From contig NC_092382.1 of assembly GCF_030028105.1 (NCBI RefSeq), positions 99,402,699-99,466,698 on the forward strand: a DNA stretch of 64,000 nt. Reading direction: 5' to 3'. The notes under the pieces are model-generated. The model made no database searches and was not told where the DNA came from. It saw nothing but the letters and a program-made list of their open reading frames with translations. The position numbers were made by a program, and so were the translations under genes. This DNA comes from Mobula birostris. Lineage: Eukaryota. Of the stretch, positions 51,056 to 61,466 are shown one piece after another. Each line of letters opens with the position of its first letter. The first letter of the stretch is position 1.

Positions 51056-51673
51056 ATGTTTCTGGTTCTGCAGGTCATCCTCGCCTTCCGTTGTGAGTGA
51101 ATTTGAACAAAAAATATTCTTTTCATTTCTTTGCTACTGTCTTACTTTCATATTCCCTCCAGTAGCCTCTTAATCTTTCTGTATTTAATTACGAATCGTC
51201 GCATCCTCACACTATCTTCCCTCAGCCGCCGCCTCTGAATTTCGTCCACCTCTCGAGCTCTCCCGACATCAGTTCTTCTCTTTTCCCTCAATGCTCCCTC
51301 TTTTTCCTCCTCCCTGTTGACCAGGGTCTCCCTGTTCGTTCACCGCATTTTGCCACCCCCGTCTCTTTTTCCAGACGCGACCTGGGTGACAATTCACCAG
51401 ACTCCGGCTCTCTCCGGACCTCTCGGCCAGAACGTGACCGTGCGTTGCACAGTGGATGGTATTACCAGTAATACTAACTGGTTGTACTGGTACCGACAGT
51501 ACCCGGGAAAGGGCCCGGAGAACATGTTTTACTCGAACGCAGCTGAGTACGTCCAACCGGGGGGAATGGTCGACGGTTTTAAGGCAGAGAGACCAAAGAA
51601 CAACGAGTTCCACCTGAAGTCGAACAAACTAGAGGCGAATTCGTCGGCCGTGTATTTCTGCGCCTGGAGTATT
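51056..51673 (+). CDS. TRBV: TCR beta-like V segment, family A, apparently functional
   Basis: Leader 51056-51092, V exon 51375-51673 intact. RSS CACGGCG 51674-80, 23 bp, ACAAAAACC 51704-12. Confidence 0.9.
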
Positions 51674-52960
51674 CACGGCGGCTCAGAGTGACGGGGCAGC
51701 CGAACAAAAACCTCACCGTCAGAAGGGTCTGTGCTTTCAGCAAAACAGGAAATACGACTCCTGTCAATCATGGGGTGGGAGGAGGGTCTATCTGTCAGGC
51801 GCTGCGCCGTTGCGGCCAATCAGTGAACTATGGGGCGGAGGTATTATGCCATGGCGTTTCATTTCCTCCTCTTCTTAAACATTCAGATGGGGGAATATGA
51901 TCCTCACCGCTCTTCCCCACCCCCCACTCCATCTTTCGTTGATTCTGCAGCCTAGGGTAGAGGACAGCCGGATAGTTAAGAAACAGGGCGAGACTGGAGA
52001 ACGGCTGTAGGATACACCCGGTGAATGGCAGAACAGGGCGTCCCTGGAAGGAACAGAGGGATATTGATGATCACCAATCACTGAAGATGACAGAATATGA
52101 GGGTGTTGGCGGATCTTGGGGGTTCAAGCAGAAATAGTTTTCTCAGGCGGAATTTGGGGTGCGCGTGGATTTGGGGTTGTCGGCGTATTCGGGTTGCTAG
52201 CCAATTTGCTGGCGTGTGCAGACTTGAAAATTTTGGCGTATGTGAGCGTGCCAGCCGATATGTAGGGGACCTGCTCCATGCAAACACGGGGTATTTCACG
52301 GGGTTTAGCTGCGATCTGGAAGGGCTTAGAATACAGATTCCAAATGCTTAATCTGACGAGATAGCGGAGTCAACATGTTCCCGGTGTACTCCGGATTTCT
52401 CCGGCTTTCTGAGACAGGAGCTCTCCGGCATGGAAAAGGCTGACAATGGGAGTTACACACGGACTAAAATGCCACATGTGGTTTGGAGTGCGGTGATTAT
52501 TCAGAGAGATTCTTGTATTCAATAAAAACTTGGTCAATTATGGCCCTTCTTCCCGCAACGGATCTCTAGTATTGCGGAAATCCGAAGACGAAGGAGCAAT
52601 AAAAAACAGCAAGAGAGAGATGTCGGGCGCGGAGAGGGCGACGGAGTTGAGCAGAGAGNNNNNNNNNNNNNNNNNNNNNNNNNNNNNNNNNNNNNNNNNN
52701 NNNNNNNNNNNNNNNNNNNNNNNNNNNNNNNNNNNNNNNNNNNNNNNNNNNNNNNNNNNNNNNNNNNNNNNNNNNNNNNNNNNNNNNNNNNNGGAGCGTA
52801 ACAACACATCCCTGAGATCGGATAGGTTCATGGAAGGGGCGTGGCTGATGGCTACTTCCGCAAGTCCACCGACGTCACTGATATCAGTAACAAGTGAATG
52901 GACTCGTCTCTGCTGCCACACAACACTTTCATCACTGAGAGAATAAACCCTCCAAGGAAG

Positions 52961-53130
52961 ATACTTTTATTTCTGTGGTTTCTCCTCGCCTTCCACTGTG
53001 AGTGATGTTGACAAACAATATTAATTTTTATTTCTTTGCTTCTCTCTTCCTTTCAGATTCCTTTCACGTGCTTTACCTTCCAGTAGTCTCGGAATATTTC
53101 TAAATTTATTTACGAAACCTTGCGTCGGCG
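52961..53130 (+). pseudogene. Orphan family-A leader (ATA start), V exon deleted
   Basis: Leader 52961-52997 with GT donor. The intron breaks off near 53130 into sequence like the 3' flank of family-A genes. Confidence 0.75.
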
Positions 53131-55534
53131 CACCGTGAATGGTGGGGAATGTCGAGGCACAAATGTCCTCGGCGTCGAAGAGCAGTAGACAAACCGAGAA
53201 CGCTGGGAAATGTCGAGGGACAGATGGACCTCGGAGTACAGGGCAGGACTCACGGCGTGAATTGTGGGAGTGTGAAGGAACAGAGGGTTCTCAGTGTACG
53301 AAGATTGGAGAGGACCGGATAATAGTGATTGTTAAGAGACGGGGGGCGACATGATAACAAGGATGGCGCACACACCGTGAAGGGTAGAGTACTTTGGAGG
53401 GACGACGGGATATTGATGGACATGCTAACCGATTAATGAAGGTGACAGGATCTGGGGGTGCCGATTTTAAACACGCAGGGCATGCAAAATCTCCGCGCAC
53501 AGAATGCCACCTTGGAAAGGACTGCATGTTTACGAAATAGTTGGATTGATCTTTGAGTAGTGTTGGGCTCTCAGTAACACTAGACGGACTGTTAAATGTT
53601 AATCGCTTATTACCAAAATGGCTTCTCTGAGGTGTTGTATTAAAATTAGTCATAGTCACACTATAGTGATCCCGAGGGCAACTGATTTTCGTTACAGTTG
53701 AACCAACCAAGAATGGAGAATAAATATCGAAACATAAAACCATAAATAAATAAATAGTACCATGTAAATTATGCCAGGAAATAAATCCAGGTCCAGCCTA
53801 TTGGCTCAGGGTGTCTGACCCTCCAGGGAGGAGTTGTAAAGTTTAATGGCCACAGGCAGGAATGACTTCCTATGACTCTCAGTGTTGCATCTCGGTGGAA
53901 TGAGTCTCTGGCTGAATGTACTCCTGTGCCCAACCAGTACATTATGCAGTGGATGGGAGACATTGTCCAAGATGACATGCAACTTGGACAGCATCCTCTT
54001 TTCAGACACCACCGTCAGAGAGTCCAGTTACATCCCCACAACATCACTGGTCTTACGAATAAGTTTGTTGATTCTATTGGTGTCTGCTACCCTCAGCCTG
54101 CTGCCCCAGCACACAACAGCAAACATGATAGCATTCGCCACCACAGACTCGTAGAATATCCTCAGCATCAGTACCTGTAGGTACTGTTACCTGCTGAGAG
54201 AGGGGGTCTTTGTAACAACAATGTTTGTGTAATACAATGTGATAATGGAAATAGTATACATTTGTTAACCAATGTTCTGCTGTCTTGGATATGTGTGCTG
54301 AGTTGAGGAGCACAGGCTTTTTCGGGAGACGAGCAGAGAGGACAGACGTGTGAGGAACGGACAGCCGTTCCAGGGCGGCTGTACCGGACCTCTGGGGTTC
54401 GGAGGGTGGCCGGAGTCTCCGAAAGACACTGTGGATGGAATCGGAGACGTAGGCTCCAACGTATTAAAATATTATGTGCACAGGACTGATAAGTTACTTA
54501 TGTGGCGCCCTCTCTTTTAGTTGTTGCTACTAACCCATCATCAAAATTTGCTATAAAGTATAATTCTTTACTCGCACTTGGTATATTGTTTCATATTATT
54601 GTCGTGGCTGATTATTGGGCGACTCACACCTTCTCCGCACCAAAGCATTTGCACTGCTTGGCGGGGTCGAGAGCTATTACCCGAGAAACGGGATTCAGCT
54701 GGGGCAAAGGCCGTTGCAGTAGATTATAAGGTCGGCAGAAGATGGAAGACAAAACAGCCCGAATTGTACTGGTCTACCATACGTCGCATGTTCTATGCTG
54801 TTTGAAACCTAATCCGAAGTTAGCGGATAAGAGAAAGGACAGCTACTTTTAAGAAAACACGGAATCTGCAGAAGGACACAACCTAGATGGCGAAGAGGCA
54901 AATAAATGGCAGTCTCGGGAAGTATATTGTCATGCATTTTGGTAGAAGAATTAGAAATATTGACGATTTTCAAAATGGAGAGAAAATTGAAAAAAAAAAT
55001 CTGAGATCCAAGGGGACTTGGAAGTCCTCATGAAAGGTTCTGTGGGGTGGGTGGCAAACACAATGTTATCATTGATTTCGGGGAACTAGAATCTAAAATC
55101 AAGAATGTGACGATGAGACTTTATGAAGCACTGGTGAGGGTTTGATTTGTGCTGCTGTGAGCTGTTTTGGGACCCGCACCTGAGAATGGAAGAGCTGAAA
55201 TTGGGGAGAATCAAAGGACTTGAACGAGAATGATTCCGACGTTTCGGAACGAACCCCTTCATCAGGAGAGGTCTGCTGTCAATCAGCGAGAGGATGTCGG
55301 ATTAACGGCATGACAGATCAGACAACGGGCGTCTACACGAGTTCACATCTTCGCAGTTCATGCCTGTGCTTCCTTAGGGATTCAAGTCACTGAAATCAAC
55401 CTTCTTACAAATTCGACCATTGAATAGAGAGAGTTAAATTTGATTCATGCCTAGTATATCTCGTCTTGCTTACAGATCTGCTCTCTCTACCTCTCTGCCT
55501 TTGAGCTTGATCGGAGGGCGACGTGCGGCTGCTA

Positions 55535-55548
55535 CCACTAGGGGGCGG
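55535..55548 (+). promoter_or_regulatory. CTCF-type motif (first of a duplicated pair)
   Basis: CCACTAGGGGGCGG. Confidence 0.75.
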
Positions 55549-56259
55549 AAATGCACTGCAGTAAAATGTATGTTATATTTTTCGAGGAGTATGAAAAGCG
55601 ACAAGTTATTGGTGGAAGTTGAATTTTCTGCTTGGCTCCTCATTATGAGAAAATAGAGAGTCAGAGACTTTAAAGAGTGAAATAAAGGAGGGACACACGC
55701 AACATGACCCAATGTTGCTCCTATTTGTTTTAGCCTTCGGTTCCATGGTCTATGTAAGATAATCCAATTTCCAATCACATGGCCCATAGAATTCAGAAGA
55801 TAGATAAAGAACGAAGGGAAGTGTTTGTATGAAATGGTCAGATTGATCGCTGATTAGGTTCAAAATTTGGCACAAGTTCGAGTGGATGCCGGATAGTCGG
55901 ATCAAATGACGAAGAAATACGGGACATCGCAAATTCGCAATTCTTGCCTTTGGTTGCTTTGGGATTCATCTCACTGAACCCCACCAGCGCCCAAATCTTC
56001 ACATCCGACCCTGACAGGAAAGAGTTAAATCTACTTCATGCTTGGTCTATCTACCAATGAGAGTATCACAGAATAGCAGTTTGTAATAAAAATGATTTTA
56101 GCCTGGAACCTGGTAAAAGCATCAAGATGTACAGGGACACATATCCTTTCGGTTAGATACATGAGGAAAATCTACTCTTCTTTCTAGGCCTCCTCTCTCT
56201 ACCTCTCTGCTATTGAGCTCGATTGGAGGCTGAGCGACATGTGAAGGCACAGCCTGCTA

Positions 56260-56273
56260 CCACTAGGGGGCGG
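56260..56273 (+). promoter_or_regulatory. CTCF-type motif (second of a duplicated pair)
   Basis: CCACTAGGGGGCGG. Confidence 0.75.
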
Positions 56274-56805
56274 AAAACGATTAAAGGCAACAAATTGTTT
56301 GTGTAAAGTGACCTTCCCTTTCGGCAGGGTCGCGACAATCGCTACGAGCCAGAGATGCAAAGAAGGACATGGATAGAGAGAATGACAGCCTGAGAAAGAG
56401 AGAGATTTTCTGCGGAGGCTGACCTTGTAGGATACAAAGTAGTTTAGATGGTACAGTGTGCGGTCCTCAGAACGACAGAACGTGAGCTGTGATCCGCCGT
56501 CTTTCACCGGTTTGTGTAAATCTCCGAAAAACACACACACACGGTGATCTAAACGGGGAGAGGAATAAAGAGACAGGGTGGGAAGGGGACAGAGACAGAG
56601 CGAGTCGGTTGTGTGGCCAAGCTTTTATACCGGAAGCAGAACACCCCACGAATCGGGTTGGAGTATGGAAGGGGCGTGGCCAATTGCTACGTCCTCACAT
56701 CCACCTGCGTCACTGGGTTATGTAACAAACCGGATGGAAGTGAATGAATTCGTCTCTGCCGCCCGCACCACTTTCATCACTGAGAGAGCAAACCCTCCAA
56801 GGAAG

Positions 56806-57110
56806 ATGTTCCTGTTTCTGCAATTCATCCTCGCCTTCCGCTGTGAGTGAAAGTTCCCAAATATTATTATTTTTATCATTCTCCACTTGTGTCTTTCTTT
56901 CACGTTCGTTCCACTTGCTTTCCCCTCCCGTCCTCTCGGACTTATTCTGTACTTATTTACGAACCCTCGCGTCCGCAGACTACCGGCCCTCTGCCGCCGC
57001 CATTAAATTCCGATCTCCTCTCGAAATGTCCCCTTGTTCAGTCATCTTTTTTGCTTCCTTCAATGCACCCTGTATATCCCCATCCCCATTTATCTGTCTC
57101 TCCCCTTCAC
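56806..57110 (+). pseudogene. Orphan family-A promoter and intact leader, V exon missing
   Basis: Leader 56806-56842 (MFLFLQFILAFR) with GT donor. A LINE fragment follows and then 3'-flank sequence (from about 57540); no V or RSS. Confidence 0.8.
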
Positions 57111-57154
57111 TTCGCACAATTACCTTTCCACTCCATTATTCCTTGTTATGTGCG

Positions 57155-57530
57155 TGATAGATGTGTTTAAGATAGTGAGGGGGATAGATAGAGTTGACGT
57201 GGATAGGCTTTTTTTCCATTAAGAGTGGGGGAGATTCAAACAAGAGGACATGAGTTGAGAGTTAAAGGCCAGAAGTTTAGGGGTAACATGAGGGGGAACA
57301 ACTTCACTCTGAGAGTGGTAGCCGTGTGGAACGAGCTTCCAGCAGAAGTGGCTAGTCAGGTTGGACGTTGTCGTTTCAAGTTAAATTGGAGAGCTAATTG
57401 GACAGGAAGGGAAAGGAGGGTTATGAGCTGAGTGCACGTCGGTGGGACTAGGTGAGAGAAAGAATTCGTGACGGACTAGAAGGTCCGAGATGGCCTGTTT
57501 CCTTGCTGTAATGGTTATATGGTTATATGT
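57155..57530 (+). mobile_element. CR1-like LINE 3' fragment
   Basis: FKIVRGIDRVDVDRLF..TRGHELRVKGQKFRGNMRGNNFTLRVVAVWNELP and a ggttatat repeat tail. Confidence 0.85.
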
Positions 57531-57877
57531 TCGGTCTGAGACGATCGGAACCTTTCAGTGCGCCGATAACGTTCAGTCCCCAAGATCAATTTCAGGCTCG
57601 TAATTTTCTTTGTCAATTGGTGGAAACACAGAATGCGAGGAGTGCCGGACGGTTCAGGAACAGAGGAAGCAAAGGGCATAAGGGTTTGACAAGCACACCG
57701 TGAACGGTGGGGACTGTCGAGGCACAGAGGGGACTCGGTGCACGAAGATCAGGGAGTGCCGGATAATGGGGATTGTTATGAGACGTGGAGGGATAGGATA
57801 ACAAGGATAGGATACACACCGCGAATATGAAGTTTCGCCCAATACAATCGAGCTGTGTCTGAAAGCTCAGTTTGCCT

Positions 57878-57891
57878 CCACTAGGGGGCAC
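57878..57891 (+). promoter_or_regulatory. CTCF-type motif (intergenic, paralog of 3497 and 7304)
   Basis: CCACTAGGGGGCAC. Confidence 0.75.
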
Positions 57892-58479
57892 AAAATCTCT
57901 GTGGTAAAATTTATGCTGGATATTTCTGGGATATTTAAAGGGACGTATTATTTCTGCAAAGGTGAATGTTCCCTTGCTCCCTTAACTAGTGCTAAGAACC
58001 AGAGATCTAGGTTCAGGCAGGGACAGAAAGAGAGAGATTGGATGCTAAAGACTGCTCTATGCAGGCAGCAAGGTATTTCATAAGGTTCATCGTATGACAC
58101 TCATTATGAGTCTCTTGGCTTCAGCGGGAGGGAGGTGAAGTCTGGCCCGTCTCCTTACAGCTGTTGTGTAGCTTTCCGAAATTACGAAGACTTGGGAGCT
58201 GAAATAAATCGGACACAGTGAGATAAGCGGGGGAGATGAAGAAAGAGATAAGGAGGGACGAGGAGAGCGTCAGAAAGGGAGAGTGTTGTCTGGGGAACTT
58301 GGTAGCAGCGAGGAACCACACCCCTCGAATCGTGTTGGAGCAGATAAGGGGCGCGGCCAATCGATACTTCCGCAAACCCACCTACGTCACAGATGTAATA
58401 ACAAAGGGGGTTGAAGTGAATCGATTATTTCTCTGCTGCACGCACTAACATGACTGAGAGAATAAATCCTCCAAGAAGG

Positions 58480-59164
58480 ATGTTTCTGTTTCTGCACTTC
58501 ATTCTCGCCTTGCCCTGTGAGTGAAATTTGACAAATACATATTTTTTATTTCTCTGATTCTGCCCTCCTTTTCACATTCCCGTCACTTGTCGTCTTGGAC
58601 TCATTAGTTATTTAGTTACGAGCCGTCGCGTCCGCGCACGATCTGCCCTCAGTCGCAGCCCCTAAATTCCGATCTCCTCTGGAGCTTTCCCGACTTCAGT
58701 ACTCCTCTCTGCTTCTGTCAGTGCACCCTCTTTCTCCCCTTTCCCAGTGACCAGTGTCTCCGTTTTCGTTCACCCCGTTCTGCCTCCACCGTCTCTTATT
58801 TCCTCATTGATCCGCGTCTCCGCTTCCTTTCTGCCCGTTCAGCCAAGCCCGACTCTTGTTTCCAGACGCGACCTCGGTGACGATCCACCAGACGCCGGAT
58901 TTCTCCGGAACTACCGGCCAGAAGGTGACCCTGAGTTGTAAGATAGAGGGTAGCACCAGTGCTAGTAATTGGTTGTACTGGTACCGACAATACCCGGGAA
59001 GGGGTCCGGAGAACATGTTTTACTCGATGATCGCTAAATTCGTGCAGCCAAAGGCAATGGTCGGCGGTTTTATGGCGGAGAGACCGCAGACAAACGAGTT
59101 CCTCTTGAAGTCCGACAAACTGGAGGCAAATTCGTCGGCCGTTAATTTCTGCGCCTGGAGTATT
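58480..59164 (+). CDS. TRBV: Family-A V segment, open frame (Tyr102 replaced by Asn)
   Basis: Leader 58480-58516, V exon 58866-59164 ending AVNFCAWSI. RSS CACGGCG 59165-71, 23 bp, ACAAAATCT. Confidence 0.8.
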
Positions 59165-61427
59165 CACGGCGGCTCAGAGTGACGGGGCAGCCGAACAAAA
59201 TCTCTCACAGTCAGCAGGGTCGCTGTTAGCAGCTGAACAGGAAATGCGACTTCTGTCAATCAGCGCGTGGTGCGGGGAGGGTCTATCAGTCAGGCGCTGC
59301 ACCCCAGCGACCAATCAGTGAGATAAGGGGCGGAACCATTGGATTTAATGTCCTCCCCTTATTATACGTTCATATGGGTGAAGATAATCCGCGCACTGAT
59401 CTCTCCACTCCATTTCTTCCTTTCCATGTGCAGTCCTCCGGCATACCTCCAGTGCCAGAGGCTGGTAACATTTGAAGGTGACTGGACATCGCTCATCATG
59501 TGCCGTCCGCAGAATCAAATTTACCACTCTTTATCCCATTTGTTCATTCGCTGGAGCACAGACGTTCGGGACTGTTGAGGAACAGAGGAACCCCGGTGTA
59601 CAGGGGCAGGACGTAAACGTTTTGAATGGCGGGGAGTGTCGAGGCACAGTGGGTGTATAAGGGTATGACTAACGAACCGGCGGTGTTGAGGAGCGCCCAG
59701 CGATAAATGATGCACAATACTCTTTGAAGAAGTACAGGCTGGAAGGTGATAGAAAACATTAGTCGAGCGGACCCATGGGTGGATGGGGCTGTGAGGGTTT
59801 CTGTATGAGATGCTGGGAGGAAACAGCTGGAGTAGATAAAGAGAATAAAGAGAACTAACCTGAGTCTGGAGAACGGTGGATCATGGGGAAAGGCGGCAGG
59901 AGGAGCGGAACCAGAAGGACATGATGGACAGGTGAGATTATAAGAGGTAGGCAGGCATCCACAACAGGGAATGGAAAGAATAAGGGGTGGGGAACAAATT
60001 AGCAAAACACAAAGAGATGAGCCGCTAATGTCAGCGAATCAGGAAAGAAGACGCCTGTAAATCATAGGCTGGGTGGAGAGACTATCAGTAGGGCGGTGCG
60101 CCCGAGCGGCGAATCAGAGAAATAAGGGGCGCAGCTATTGCACCCTGGCCTTTAATTTCCTCCCCTTCTCAATGGTAAAGGTGTCTCCGCACCGATCATC
60201 GCACTCTATCTACCCTTGCTTTGTACAATCTTCCAACACATCATCGGTCCGGGAGGATCGTAACCTTTGAGGGCGCCAATGATATCCAGTCTCCAAGATC
60301 AATCCCCCGCCAGTTATTTCCTTCTACATCCGTGGAAATTCAGAATGCAGGGACTCTCGGACAGTGGAGAAACAAAGGGACTAGGCTTTATAAGGGTGGA
60401 ACCTAAGGGGAGAGTCGAGGGATCTCGGAGTACAAGGTTAGAACCCACCATCTGATCCATGCGGAGTGTCGAGCGAAAGAGGAACCTCGGTGTAGGAGGG
60501 TAGGATACACACACTCAAAATGTTGGGGAGTGTCGAGAGACAGAGGACCCAAGGTGTACACCGGTCGGACACTCACCGTGAATTGTAGGGAGTATTAAGG
60601 GACAGAGAGTTGATTGTGTTCCAGTAGGACAAACACCGTAAATGGTGCCGAGAATCGAGGGGCAGAGGAACTTCGGAGTACTAGGGAACAGCCGGATATG
60701 TTAAAAGTCGTGAGAAATCGGGTAACACACACCGTGGGCGGTAGAACACGCCGTACTTTGAAGGAACCGCGGGTTATTGATAGACACTTTCAACGATCAC
60801 TGAATTTGACAGACTTCACAGGATTGGGGAGTAGGTGCCGGATCTGGGGATGCGTGCGGATTTGTGTGTATCGGCGCAGGTAGGCTTGAGAGACTTCAGT
60901 GTGAGAATTGGTGTTGTCCCACTGGACCCCGTCCTCCACATGGTCCTGTTTGTGCACTCTCGTGCCGATCAGATTATTTCTTCTCCAGCCCCTGACCTTT
61001 CCCACCCAACTGGCTCCGTCCGTCATCTCAAAAGGTAGCATGGATTGATGCCGGAATGGGAATGGTCGCAACACTAGAGGGCGCTAGAAGAAGCTGGATC
61101 TCACAGGGGTCATCCATTTTAATTCCAGGACGTAATTAATTGACAACTAAACAGGAAGATGGAAAATCGGTTAGCAAAAATAGACAAACTGAACAACCTC
61201 AAGCAGAGCGAAGGATTAGAAGAATTAAGTAAATACAAAAAATAACAGTGATAACATGATTTGTAGAAATCGTGAAATTAGGTCATGGGGTTTGACATAG
61301 TTCAGTGTTGAGCTGATTCGGGAGCCCGAACCTTCTTGGATAACTTAACTTTCCTCAGCACTGAAGAGAACATGATGGCAGTTACATCCCACCTTGCTAT
61401 GAGGTTATAACGAAGAGCGAGAACTTG

Positions 61428-61466
61428 CACGGTGGCTAAGAGTGACGGAGCAGCTGAACAAAAACT
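61428..61466 (+). other. Orphan family-A 23-RSS with no V coding sequence
   Basis: CACGGTG, 23 bp, ACAAAAACT, followed by the normal family-A 3' flank. Upstream sequence matches the non-coding flank at about 26100-26172. Confidence 0.85.

Noticed and set aside
54180-54830. Possible solo LTR or retroelement 5' end
   Set aside because: No second LTR, primer-binding site or coding homology that I could identify.
2054-59203. Assignment to IgH/IgL, TCR alpha/delta/gamma or NAR-TCR
   Set aside because: No octamer seen in the promoters; CAWS/CACS endings, TRBV30-like motifs and decamer-like CRE promoters fit TCR beta better. Not formally excluded without the C region.
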